Shown piece by piece: positions 48,687 through 57,991 of a DNA stretch of 64,000 nucleotides (position 1 is its first letter; each line of letters starts with the position of its first letter). A program made the position numbers and the translations under genes. Source of the stretch: Actinomycetes bacterium (GTDB taxonomy: Bacteria; Actinomycetota; Acidimicrobiia; Spongiisociales; UBA5794). The notes under the pieces were generated by a model. That model had not been told where the DNA came from. It saw only the letters and a program-made list of their open reading frames with translations, and ran no database searches. The stretch spans positions 13,991 through 77,990 of the forward strand of contig JAMBLJ010000036.1 of NCBI GenBank assembly GCA_023336815.1, in the 5' to 3' direction.

Positions 48687-49355
48687 CTACTTCCCCCTGA
48701 GTGCTAGCGCAACGGCCTCAACGCGACTGTGAACTCCGAGTTTTGCCAGGATGTGCTGGATGTGGTTTCGGACAGTTGCCGGTGAAAGGAACAACTCTTC
48801 GGCGATCGCCTTGCCATCGAAACCTTCGGTGAGCAACTGGAGCACGTCGCGTTCCCTCGGGGTGAGCGCTGAGAGATGCTCGTTCGATGCTGCAGTGGCA
48901 GGAGTGCGGCCATCGAGTCGCTGCACGATCAGTCGCTCGAGTTCCGGGGGAAGCGAGACCTCGCGGATGAGGTGGATCAGCCGACAAGCCTCGCGCATCT
49001 CGATGGGGGGTACGATCGTTGAGGCGCTCAGCCACAGTGTCGCCCCTGAGGCGGAGCGTCCGAGTACTTCTTTCGTCTCAACCGTCTCGTCTTCCGTGCC
49101 AATCTCGGCTGCGGGACACATTCCGTTGCACACGACGTCGCCGCAGCGGTCCCGCCAACATAGGATCTCGTGACATGGACGGCCGAGAGCCTCGTCTGAT
49201 CGGTAGCCGAGAAGATCCGTCGCGGCGTCGTTCCAGGCGACGATGCGCAGATCCGGCCCGATCGCAACCATCGCGTCGCTCGTTCGTCCCATCACGTCGA
49301 GAAGTTCGACGAGAGACCCCTCGATTCCCGGTTCTATCGCTGTGACACTGGCCAT
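48687..49355 (-). CDS. PAS-domain LuxR-family transcriptional regulator (Cys-rich PAS)
   Basis: N-terminal PAS-like fold with CHEILCWRDRCGDVVCNGMCP (5 Cys), C-terminal GerE/LuxR HTH LTPRERDVLQLLTEGFDGKAIAEELFLSPATVRNHIQHILAKLGVHSRVEAV. Confidence 0.8.
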   Translation of the reverse strand: MASVTAIEPGIEGSLVELLDVMGRTSDAMVAIGPDLRIVAWNDAATDLLGYRSDEALGRPCHEILCWRDRCGDVVCNGMCPAAEIGTEDETVETKEVLGRSASGATLWLSASTIVPPIEMREACRLIHLIREVSLPPELERLIVQRLDGRTPATAASNEHLSALTPRERDVLQLLTEGFDGKAIAEELFLSPATVRNHIQHILAKLGVHSRVEAVALALRGK

Positions 49356-49412
49356 GAGTGCTACCGACTGTACGGACCGACACCAAGCGGCGTCAAGGAC
49401 GGCCAGTTGCTG

Positions 49413-49913
49413 CTACCCATTGGCGCGGGTCCGCAACACCTCGAGGATCCCTCCTGCGGACAGGATCGTCCGCATTTCTTCTGGCAGAGAGTCGCCCTGG
49501 TATGTGTCACCCGTTGTGCGGTTGGTGACGGCTCCTGTGGCAAGGTCGACCGCGATCACTTGACCCTCCTCGAACACGTCGTGTACACCTTCACATACGA
49601 GAACAGGCAACCCGACTGCAACTGCGTTTCGCATGAAGATTCGAGCAAGCGACTCTGCGACCACACAGGCCACACCTACCGCCTTCAAGTTCTCGGGGGC
49701 TGTCTCCCTACTCGATCCACAGCCAAAGTTGGATCCCCCAACGATGACATCGCCTGGTTGACATTCCGATGCGAAGACGGGGTTCACAGATTCGAGTACA
49801 TGCAGCTTGCGTATCTCAAGTGGTGCAACAGCGTATGTGCCGGGCGACAGAACATCGGTACTGATGTCGTTTCCGAACCTCCACACCCTGCCTTGTACCA
49901 GTGTCTCAGGCAT
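49413..49913 (-). CDS. 3-isopropylmalate dehydratase-type small subunit (LeuD-like, archaeal/short type)
   Basis: 166 aa; GRVWRFGNDISTDVLSPG and VIVGGSNFGCGSSRE swivel-domain motifs of aconitase-family small subunits. Confidence 0.85.
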   Translation of the reverse strand: MPETLVQGRVWRFGNDISTDVLSPGTYAVAPLEIRKLHVLESVNPVFASECQPGDVIVGGSNFGCGSSRETAPENLKAVGVACVVAESLARIFMRNAVAVGLPVLVCEGVHDVFEEGQVIAVDLATGAVTNRTTGDTYQGDSLPEEMRTILSAGGILEVLRTRANG

Positions 49914-51177
49914 GTTTCACTCCCTGATCTCGCGGATCGGCGATCGCACCGGCAAGCGCTGAGGCGGCTACGGTCGCTGGTGATGCAAGGAAGATCTCTG
50001 CGTCTGGGCTTCCCATACGTCCGATGAAGTTACGATTGTGGGTCCCGATGCAGCGCTCGCCCGGAGCCATCAGACCACCGTGGCCACCGAAACACGGGCC
50101 ACATCCGGGTGGAAGGACAGATGCACCTGCGTCGACGAGAGTCGCCAGTACTCCGGTTTCCATTGCCTCCTTCAGGACGTCGCGTGAGGCGGGTACGACG
50201 AGTAGTCGCACACCCGGTGCGATATGTTTTCCGGCAAGCACCTCGGCTGCTGCCCTCAGGTCCTCGATCCGGCCGTTGGTGCACGAACCAAGGAAGGCTT
50301 GCTGGATGGTGAGTCCCTCGGCATCAGCGATCGGGCCGACTCTGTCGACCTCATTAGGCATGGCGATCTGTGGTTCGAGGTCCGAAAGCGAGATCTCATG
50401 CACCGTCTCGTAGACGGCGTCGTCATGCGGGCCGAACGGCTCACACCCGATGCCTCCGTGATCAAGGAGGTACGAGTTCGTGATGTCGTCGGCTGCGAAC
50501 AGACCGAACTTCGCCCCCATTTCCACCGCCATGTTCGCGACAGTGAGCCTGCTCGACATGTCAGCCCTGGAGGCTGCTTCGCCTCCGAACTCCATGGCTT
50601 TGTACTGGGCGGCATCCGCGCCGAAGCGACCTGCCAGGTACAGGATCACATCTTTCCATGTCACTGTCGGCTGGAGGGAGCCTGTGAGTTCAAACCGGAT
50701 CGTCTCGGGAACACGGAACCACAACCTTCCCGTTGCAAGCGCGTAGACCATGTCGGATGTTCCGATCCCGGTCCCACCCGCTCCGAGCGCACCGTAGGTT
50801 GTTGTGTGCGAGTCGGTGCCAACGACGAGTGACCCCGGCCGAATGTGACCGTGTTCGGGGAGGAGCTGATGACAGATTCCCGTGCCTGAGTCGTAGAAGG
50901 CCTCGATTCCGAGGCGAGTGACGTGGTCGCGGATCCGTTGATGGATAGCCGCCGCTTCAGCGGATGGCGCAGGGACGAGGTGGTCTATGACTACAACCGT
51001 CCGTTCGGGATCGAACACATCATCGAATCCGACATCCGCAAGCGTGTCGAAGACCTGGGCAGCGAATATGTCGTGCAGCAGAGCGAGGTCGATGTCGGCG
51101 ACAATGAACTCGCCAGCGACCACAGATTCGTTTCCTGTCGCTCTGGCCAGGATCCGTTCTGCCTGTGTCATTCCCAT
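49906..51177 (-). CDS. 3-isopropylmalate dehydratase/homoaconitase-type large subunit (LeuC-like, short type)
   Basis: Aconitase-family large subunit with Fe-S ligand Cys regions (GSCTNGR, PPGCGPCFGG); likely start MGMTQAERIL at 51177; overlaps leuD-like start by 8 nt. Confidence 0.85.
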   Translation of the reverse strand: MGMTQAERILARATGNESVVAGEFIVADIDLALLHDIFAAQVFDTLADVGFDDVFDPERTVVVIDHLVPAPSAEAAAIHQRIRDHVTRLGIEAFYDSGTGICHQLLPEHGHIRPGSLVVGTDSHTTTYGALGAGGTGIGTSDMVYALATGRLWFRVPETIRFELTGSLQPTVTWKDVILYLAGRFGADAAQYKAMEFGGEAASRADMSSRLTVANMAVEMGAKFGLFAADDITNSYLLDHGGIGCEPFGPHDDAVYETVHEISLSDLEPQIAMPNEVDRVGPIADAEGLTIQQAFLGSCTNGRIEDLRAAAEVLAGKHIAPGVRLLVVPASRDVLKEAMETGVLATLVDAGASVLPPGCGPCFGGHGGLMAPGERCIGTHNRNFIGRMGSPDAEIFLASPATVAASALAGAIADPRDQGVKHA

Positions 51178-51193
51178 TGTCGTGACTCCGTGT

Positions 51194-51940
51194 TCATCCT
51201 GCACCAAGGCTTCGACCACCGCACACGTACAGGGTCTGTCCTGTCACGTAGGAAGACTCATCCGCAGCGAAGAAGAGTGCAGCGTTTCCGATATCGCTCG
51301 AGGTCCCAACACGCTTGGCAGGGATCGTTTTGATAAGTCGTTCCTGGACCTCCTCCTTCAATCCACGGAACAACGGTGTGTCCACCAGGGCTGGTGCGAT
51401 AGCGTTGGCCGTGACACCGTAGCGAGCCATCTCGAGTGCCAGAGATCGGGTGAGGCTGATCACAGCACCCTTGGATGCGGCGTAGTTGGCCTGGCCCGGC
51501 CCACCGAGCCACGCCCTCGATGAGATGTTGACGATCCTGCCGTATTCCTGCTCCATCATGTGTGGCGCAGCCGCCCGACACGTGAGGAACTGTGACTTGA
51601 GATTGACCTGAAGGACGGTGTCCCAGTCCTCCTCGCTCATCTTCGCTAACCATCCGTCCCGAGCCATACCTACGTTGTTGACGAGAATATCGATGCGTCC
51701 GTACGAGTCGATAGCAGCCTGGATGAGCGAGTTCGCACCTGCTGACATCGACACATCTGCGGCATGGCCTGTGACTTCGTGCCCAGCGTTGATGAACTCA
51801 TCGACGACCTCGTCCACCTTGTCAGGGAACAGATCGTTGATGACCACCTTTGCACCCGCGGCACCGAGCGTCTCAGCGATTCCTTTGCCAATGCCCTGAC
51901 CCGATCCTGTGACGACCGCAACCCGATCTTTGACGTTCAT
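51194..51940 (-). CDS. SDR family oxidoreductase (FabG/3-hydroxyacyl-CoA dehydrogenase-like)
   Basis: ATG at 51940 with GAGGAAAACA RBS; TGSGQGIGKGIA, NNVG, catalytic YAASK; ORF track N-terminal 184-aa extension is spurious. Confidence 0.85.
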   Translation of the reverse strand: MNVKDRVAVVTGSGQGIGKGIAETLGAAGAKVVINDLFPDKVDEVVDEFINAGHEVTGHAADVSMSAGANSLIQAAIDSYGRIDILVNNVGMARDGWLAKMSEEDWDTVLQVNLKSQFLTCRAAAPHMMEQEYGRIVNISSRAWLGGPGQANYAASKGAVISLTRSLALEMARYGVTANAIAPALVDTPLFRGLKEEVQERLIKTIPAKRVGTSSDIGNAALFFAADESSYVTGQTLYVCGGRSLGAG

Positions 51941-51953
51941 TGTTTTCCTCTCT

Positions 51954-52793
51954 TCATCGTCCGGTGAACTCGGGCGGTCGTTTGTCGATGAACGCCTGGA
52001 TCCCCTCGTCTCTGTCCTGGCTCGCACGGAGAACGGCATGGCTGGTCGATTCGAGTTCGAGTCCTGTCTCGAGATCGGTTTCGGTCGCTCGATTGACGAG
52101 TACCTTGACGCGGTCATGGGAGAGCGGTGCACGGCTTGCGATGCGCTCGGCAAGCGCCATCGTTGCTTCCATGAGATCGTCGTCCGGCACGACACGGTTG
52201 ACGAGACCCATACGAAGCGCATCCTGTGCGCTGATGTGATCCGCTGTGAACATGAGCTCCTTGGTGAAGCCGGGCCCGATGAGACGGGTCGCACGCTGGG
52301 TACCACCCGCACCAGGAAGGCTTCCGACCTTCGCTTCAGGGAAGCCGAGTCGCGAGCTCTCGGTACACACGCGCAGGTCACCCGACAAGGCCAGCTCGAG
52401 TCCTCCACCGAGGGCGTACCCCGAGATCGCCATGATGACGGGCACGTGCATGTTCTCGAAACGACCGAAGACGTCGCGCACGAGGATGCCAAGCGGATCG
52501 TGTATCAATCCGGCCTCGAAATCCTTTCCCCTACTTTTGAGATCAGCCCCAACACAGAACGCCTTTGTACCGGATCCCGTCACGACAAGTACACGGGTCG
52601 CAGCGTCGGATTCGACGGCCTGAACGATGCTCTTCATCGTTTCGAGCATCGGCACGGTCATGGCGTTCATCGCGGTTGGCCGGTTCAACGTCAGGACACC
52701 AACTGCGCCCTTGCACTCGTAGAGGACAGGTGCCTCGGCGGAGGTGCTGTCTCGATCATCTGTCACGGTTGATCCCTTTCCTGGTGTGCTCAT
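51954..52793 (-). CDS. enoyl-CoA hydratase/isomerase (crotonase) family protein
   Basis: [42 protein letters not shown] oxyanion-hole/catalytic motifs. Confidence 0.88.
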   Translation of the reverse strand: MSTPGKGSTVTDDRDSTSAEAPVLYECKGAVGVLTLNRPTAMNAMTVPMLETMKSIVQAVESDAATRVLVVTGSGTKAFCVGADLKSRGKDFEAGLIHDPLGILVRDVFGRFENMHVPVIMAISGYALGGGLELALSGDLRVCTESSRLGFPEAKVGSLPGAGGTQRATRLIGPGFTKELMFTADHISAQDALRMGLVNRVVPDDDLMEATMALAERIASRAPLSHDRVKVLVNRATETDLETGLELESTSHAVLRASQDRDEGIQAFIDKRPPEFTGR

Positions 52794-53995
52794 GTCTTTG
52801 ACGCAGCCATCACCACGCCGTCCTCGTTGAGCTGCTCGATATCGGATGGTGTGAACCCGAATTCGTGGAGGATCTCATTGGTGTGTTGGCCAGCGATTGG
52901 GGGTGCTGGCCCTGTCGGGTCACAGGGTGTGTGTGAGAAGCGCCCGGGGAAGCCAGGAGAGCGAACCTCTCCCGTGGAGGGATGGTCGACCGTGACGATC
53001 GATCCACCCTGTGTGATGTGATCTTCGGCCATCAGTTCTGGATAGGACAGCAGTGGTCCGCAGAGGATGTCCGCTTGATCGAGGGCCTCGACCCAGTCAG
53101 CGGTACATCGTTCAGAAAAGAGTGGTTCCACGATCTCTCTGAGGGCAGCACGATGGTTGACCCGCTTCTCGTTCGAATCGAATCGATCGTCGACAGCGAG
53201 ATCGGGAATTCCCAGGACCCCGCAGAGCGCCACCCATCGTTTCGGGGTGTAGGCGGCGATCATGACATATCCGTCCTTCGTCCGGTATGCCTCGTTCGGC
53301 GCGGCGTAGGGCGCAGCACTGCCGAGCCGCTGTGGCGACTTCCCGCTGGCCAAGTACATCGAAAGCGGGACAACCTGATACGAGAGCAGAGCATCGAGGA
53401 GCGACACATCGATTCGCTGGCCGCCGCCTGTGCGCTCTCTCGCGTAGAGGGCTGCCAGGATCGATTGGGAAGCGAACACCCCGCCAGCCATGTCGGCCGC
53501 GGGTACACCAACCTTCACTGGAGGACCGTCCGGTGTTCCCGTCACACTCATGATGCCGCCCATTGCCTGTGCAACACCATCGACGCCAGGGCGATCACGC
53601 CACGGCCCCGATTGGCCGAACGCGGATATCGCTGCATAGATCGCCATGGGATTGGCTTTGGCGATGGCGTCGTAGCCGACCCCGAGCCTGTCGGCGACAC
53701 CGGGCCGGAAACTCTCGAGCACGATGTCGGATCGTTCGGCGAGACGCAATACGACTCCTGTTCCGCCATGTCGTTTGAGATCGACAACGATGCTTCGCTT
53801 GTTCCGATTCATACCGAGGAACGCAGCTGCGACATCACCAACGAATGGTGGTCCCAACCCTCGTCCCCATTCACCGCCTGGCGGTTCCACCTTGATGATG
53901 GTGGCGCCGAGGTCACCGAGATGCATCGCACACGTTGGACCGGCCGCTCCCTGTGAGAGGTCGAGAACGGTGACGCCATCAAGTGCTCCGCGCAT
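52790..53995 (-). CDS. CoA-transferase family III (CaiB/BaiF) protein
   Basis: [39 protein letters not shown]-terminal signature of family III CoA-transferases; ATGA-type overlaps on both sides. Confidence 0.88.
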   Translation of the reverse strand: MRGALDGVTVLDLSQGAAGPTCAMHLGDLGATIIKVEPPGGEWGRGLGPPFVGDVAAAFLGMNRNKRSIVVDLKRHGGTGVVLRLAERSDIVLESFRPGVADRLGVGYDAIAKANPMAIYAAISAFGQSGPWRDRPGVDGVAQAMGGIMSVTGTPDGPPVKVGVPAADMAGGVFASQSILAALYARERTGGGQRIDVSLLDALLSYQVVPLSMYLASGKSPQRLGSAAPYAAPNEAYRTKDGYVMIAAYTPKRWVALCGVLGIPDLAVDDRFDSNEKRVNHRAALREIVEPLFSERCTADWVEALDQADILCGPLLSYPELMAEDHITQGGSIVTVDHPSTGEVRSPGFPGRFSHTPCDPTGPAPPIAGQHTNEILHEFGFTPSDIEQLNEDGVVMAASKT

Positions 53996-54605
53996 GCACC
54001 TGTTCCTCCCGGGTCAAACCGAGTGTTGGGGCAGGCGATGCACCACGAACTACGAACTCGGCGATCTCGGCGGCTATCTCTTCAGGGGAGTATCGACCGG
54101 ACGGCTGGTACCAGCGAACGACGGAATTGCACATGCCAAGAATGGCCTTCGCCGCGATCCCAACGTCCTGCTCAACGAAATCGCCCGTTGCGATGCCCTC
54201 CTTGAGCATGTCTCGAAAGATACGTTCGTATCGATCCCGATTCGCGATATGTGTTGTCATGAAGTCGGGACTCAGATAGCGACCCTCTTCGATGAAACAT
54301 GCAATCGCATCCCTGTCACGGATCGCTGCCACCGTGTGAAGAGCGATGGCAGTTCTCACACGTTCAGCAATCGGGAGGTCGGACTCAGCAACCTCGCTCA
54401 CAACCGGAGTGACCCGGTTGACGGTCAACTCGATGATTTCCGAGAGGAGCGCCTGCTTGCTCGAGAAGTGGTGATACAAACTTGATTTCGAGATCCCGAC
54501 TTCTGTTGCGAGGTCGGCCATACTCGTCCCGTTGAAGCCCTTGTTGCGAAATAACGCCGCGGCTTCGAGCCGGATTCGTGCCCTGGTGGTGATCTCGTCC
54601 GTCAT
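53979..54605 (-). CDS. TetR/AcrR family transcriptional regulator
   Basis: N-terminal HTH RIRLEAAALFRNKGFNGTSMADLATEVGISKSSLYHHFSSKQAL; embedded within operon (overlaps both neighbours). Confidence 0.88.
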   Translation of the reverse strand: MTDEITTRARIRLEAAALFRNKGFNGTSMADLATEVGISKSSLYHHFSSKQALLSEIIELTVNRVTPVVSEVAESDLPIAERVRTAIALHTVAAIRDRDAIACFIEEGRYLSPDFMTTHIANRDRYERIFRDMLKEGIATGDFVEQDVGIAAKAILGMCNSVVRWYQPSGRYSPEEIAAEIAEFVVRGASPAPTLGLTREEQVHARST

Positions 54606-55138
54606 GGAGATGTTTCACGGACGAGGTGAGCTCCAGCCTCGAGAGCCTTGAGGTTCATGTCGCGGTGTTTCGCTGGAACACGTGCGGCCACGGCGGTGCG
54701 TAGCGCCTCGTCCTCGACCACGTCCGCGACTGCCTGGAGTACTCCAAGAGCGACGACACCCGTCACGAGCTGGCTGCCAGATATCGCTCTCGAGGTGTCG
54801 ACAACGGCGAACTGACGTGCGGTCCCTGCCAGGCTGGCTGGTGCACATCTACCATCGACGATCAATCGTCCGTCCGGTGAGAGCTCGGGCTGGTATCTCG
54901 TATATGCCTCTGCGCTCAGCACGATGAGGAGATCTATGTCGTCTGCAAGGGGAAATCCGATCGGTCCGGTCGCTATCACGACATCCGATCTGCTCGCGCC
55001 GCCCCTGGACTGTGGCCCATACACCTGGCTGTGAGTTGCGTGACTTCCCGAAAGGATGGCGGCCTCGGCGAGGATCCTGCCAGCGGTGACAACACCCTGT
55101 CCACCGGCTCCGGCGATTCGGATCTCGTTGCGGTTCAT
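54602..55138 (-). CDS. 2-oxoacid:ferredoxin oxidoreductase gamma subunit
   Basis: IRIAGAGGQGVVTAGRILAEAA...QVYGPQSRGGASRSDV (PorG/KorC family). Confidence 0.85.
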   Translation of the reverse strand: MNRNEIRIAGAGGQGVVTAGRILAEAAILSGSHATHSQVYGPQSRGGASRSDVVIATGPIGFPLADDIDLLIVLSAEAYTRYQPELSPDGRLIVDGRCAPASLAGTARQFAVVDTSRAISGSQLVTGVVALGVLQAVADVVEDEALRTAVAARVPAKHRDMNLKALEAGAHLVRETSP

Positions 55139-55953
55139 GACCTCCCGACCTTTCGTACCCCGGAGAACACGGGGCGCAGCTCGTTGTGAAGCACTCCTGT
55201 TGCCAGACCGGGAGGTGGGGCTGATGACGGGATGTGGTTGACGAAACGTTTGTCGGACAGTGGCCCGGAGACTCCTTCATCGCGCACTGACATCCACGTC
55301 AACATTTCAGCTCCACCACCGACCTTGTTGTACCGACCGAAGTACTCAGGGCAGTCGCTGATGACCTCGATAAACGAAAAACCGGGATGGTTCAATCCAT
55401 CGGCCATGACCTTTGTCATGTCCATCGGATTCGCTGCGAGGACTCTGGCCACGAACGAGGCACCAGCGCCGATGAGGAGTTTGCAGGCATCGAAGTTCGG
55501 TTCGGTGTTGCCGGCAGGTGTTGTCGATGCGATCGCCCCTTCCGGGGTCGTTGGAGCAGCCTGTCCACCGGTCATCCCGTAGATCGAGTTGTTGAGCAAG
55601 AGCACAGTGATATCGATATTTCGTCGAGCGGCATGGATCAGATGGTTGCCGCCGATCGCCAGGGCATCACCATCACCAGTCACCACGACGACATTGAGAT
55701 CCGGGCGTGCGAGTTTGAGCCCCGTTGCGAACGCTGGTGCCCTGCCATGTGTTCCGTGCAGGGTGCAGAAGTCAACATATCCCGCGAGGCGGCTGCTGCA
55801 CCCGATCCCCGCGACCATCGCGATCTTGTCCTGATCCAGTTGGAGTTGGTCAACCGCGGTGAGGAACGACCGCAGAACGATGCCGTGGGCACACCCCGGG
55901 CACAGGACATGGGGCATCGCCCATTCTCTGAGATATGATTTCACATCCGTCAT
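55135..55953 (-). CDS. 2-oxoacid:ferredoxin oxidoreductase beta subunit (TPP-binding)
   Basis: CPGCAHGIV N-terminal Cys motif, TPP-binding GDGDALAIGGNHLIHAARRNIDITVLLLNNSIYGMTGGQ. Confidence 0.88.
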   Translation of the reverse strand: MTDVKSYLREWAMPHVLCPGCAHGIVLRSFLTAVDQLQLDQDKIAMVAGIGCSSRLAGYVDFCTLHGTHGRAPAFATGLKLARPDLNVVVVTGDGDALAIGGNHLIHAARRNIDITVLLLNNSIYGMTGGQAAPTTPEGAIASTTPAGNTEPNFDACKLLIGAGASFVARVLAANPMDMTKVMADGLNHPGFSFIEVISDCPEYFGRYNKVGGGAEMLTWMSVRDEGVSGPLSDKRFVNHIPSSAPPPGLATGVLHNELRPVFSGVRKVGRS

Positions 55954-57116
55954 TGGCGCACCTTCTCTGCATGCAGGATCTCTTCGAGCAGGGTCGTCGG
56001 TGTTATCGGTTCGCCGTCAGCCTTGAGATATCCGAGGACCTCGGCATTGCCTGCCACGGCACGTTCGACTTCTCCGATGAGTTGACCGAGGTTCATCTCT
56101 GCAACGAGAATGGTGTCGACCCTTGATGCGACGGCAGCGACTTCTCTTGCTGGGAACGGCCACAGGGTCACAGGGCGAATGAGTCCGACCTTGATCCCGG
56201 CATCGCGCGCCCGTTCAACCGCCTCGCGGGCAGATCGTCCGACGATGCCATACGCGAAGATCGCGATGTCCGCGTCGTCGAGCATGTAGGTGTCCACCTC
56301 GACGATCTCATCGAGGTGAGCCTCTATCTTGCGATGAAGACGAGCGACAAGAGCTTCAGCTACCTGAGCGTCGTTGGTAGGAAAGCCTCGTTCGTCGTGA
56401 GCGAGACCTGTGACATGGAACCGGTATCCATCGCCAAAGGCTGGGAGCGGTGGTGTACCGTCCGGCGGTGCGACCATCGGCCAGAAGTCGTCCGGATCAT
56501 CATGTGGCTGTTCACGATCGATCACATCGACCGTCGCGGGGAGTACGACGCTCTCACGTGTATGTCCGATGATCTCGTCGTAGAGGACGATGACCGGTGT
56601 GCGAAACCGCTCCGCGAGGTTGAAGGCCTTGACCGTGACGTGGAATACCTCTCCGACAGACGACGGTGCGAGCACGATGATGGGGTGATCTCCATGGGTG
56701 CCCCAGCGTGCTTGCATAACATCTCCCTGGGAGGGGGACGTTGGGAGTCCGGTGCTCGGACCACCCCGCATGACGTTGACGATCACACACGGGACTTCGG
56801 TCATTGCGGCGAATCCAATGTGTTCTTGCATGAGCGAGAACCCTGGCCCGCTTGTTGCGGTCATCGACTTCATTCCACCGAGTGATGCGCCTACAACGGA
56901 TGCGAGAGATGCGATCTCGTCCTCCATCTGCACGAAGACCCCTCCGATGTTTGGGAGCAGTCTCACCATGTGCTCAGCGATCTCCGACGATGGTGTGATG
57001 GGATACCCACCGTAGAACCGACACCCTGCTGCGAGGGCACCTTTGACACAAGCTTCGTTTCCCTGGATCAGTTGGGCCTGAGCGAGCGGAATCTCCGGTA
57101 GTCGGGTTTCGGTCAT
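55950..57116 (-). CDS. 2-oxoacid:ferredoxin oxidoreductase alpha subunit
   Basis: GNEACVKGALAAGCRFYGGYPITPSSEI, domain I/III of PFOR-like alpha subunits. Confidence 0.88.
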   Translation of the reverse strand: MTETRLPEIPLAQAQLIQGNEACVKGALAAGCRFYGGYPITPSSEIAEHMVRLLPNIGGVFVQMEDEIASLASVVGASLGGMKSMTATSGPGFSLMQEHIGFAAMTEVPCVIVNVMRGGPSTGLPTSPSQGDVMQARWGTHGDHPIIVLAPSSVGEVFHVTVKAFNLAERFRTPVIVLYDEIIGHTRESVVLPATVDVIDREQPHDDPDDFWPMVAPPDGTPPLPAFGDGYRFHVTGLAHDERGFPTNDAQVAEALVARLHRKIEAHLDEIVEVDTYMLDDADIAIFAYGIVGRSAREAVERARDAGIKVGLIRPVTLWPFPAREVAAVASRVDTILVAEMNLGQLIGEVERAVAGNAEVLGYLKADGEPITPTTLLEEILHAEKVRQ

Positions 57117-57991
57117 CAGGCGCTCGATTCATTCGTGGTGTTCGTTCCGACGACCGCCAGCTCCCGTGGTGCATGGATATCAATGGCGAAATCGGGACAG
57201 AGAATCTCGCACAACCTGCACCCTGTGCAGGCTTCTGGATCGACGATGGTCAGCTTTCCGTCTACGTCGACCGCAAGGCAGTACTCGGGACAGACCCTCG
57301 AACAGATGTCGCAGCCCTTGCACCAGTCGTGTCGGATCTCGATCTCGTGAGGTCCGGAGAACCCGTCTGGATCCTGCGCGGCATCGGGTACTCGCGCCTC
57401 AGCGACCTGTCGACCCGCTCGGAACGCCGCGAGGTTGATCTTCTCGGTCCCGGCAGGGACCAGATCTGCGATCGCTGCTTCCCAGTGGACGTCGTCGATG
57501 TCGATGAAGGCTGCCACCGTGCCGAGGATCACGCTGTTGGCGGCACGAACGTTGCCGAGATCCGTTGCAGTTGCCGTTGCGTCGATGAGTCGCGTCTTGA
57601 GATGGCGGCTATCGAAAAGCTCGCCATCGATACCGGGGTAGCGCCGCAACCATGAACGTCGATCAGTGCATGCACCAGGGGGCACGATCGTTCGGATGTC
57701 TGCGACAACCGCTCCTCCGTCTCGAACGTACTCGACCCACCGCACCGCTTCGGCCCACTCGAATGCTGCAAGGACCTCCGCGCTCCCGAGGGGGACGAGC
57801 GGACTATCGACTCGCTCACCCCACCGAATATGGCTGAACACGGATCCTCCGCGCTGAGCCATTCCGTGGACCTCGCTTTGTTTGACATCATGACCTGCAC
57901 GCATGAGCGCGTCCGCAACGATCATGCTCGCCAGGATCACTCCCTGGCCCCCGACACCAGCCAGCAGCAGGCCTCGTGACCCCTCAGGCAT
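57116..57991 (-). CDS. iorB: indolepyruvate:ferredoxin oxidoreductase beta subunit fused to 2x[4Fe-4S] ferredoxin domain
   Basis: N-terminal GVGGQGVILAS...EVHGMAQRGGSV (IorB/gamma-type), C-terminal CKGCDICSRVCP...CTGCRLCEILCP ferredoxin motifs. Confidence 0.8.
   Translation of the reverse strand: MPEGSRGLLLAGVGGQGVILASMIVADALMRAGHDVKQSEVHGMAQRGGSVFSHIRWGERVDSPLVPLGSAEVLAAFEWAEAVRWVEYVRDGGAVVADIRTIVPPGACTDRRSWLRRYPGIDGELFDSRHLKTRLIDATATATDLGNVRAANSVILGTVAAFIDIDDVHWEAAIADLVPAGTEKINLAAFRAGRQVAEARVPDAAQDPDGFSGPHEIEIRHDWCKGCDICSRVCPEYCLAVDVDGKLTIVDPEACTGCRLCEILCPDFAIDIHAPRELAVVGTNTTNESSA

Noticed and set aside
51194-52492. 432-aa version of the SDR gene with a 184-aa N-terminal extension
   Set aside because: The extension is Ser/Arg/Cys-rich with no SDR homology and overlaps the enoyl-CoA hydratase gene. 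An ATG at 51940 with a GAGGAA RBS gives a canonical 248-aa SDR.
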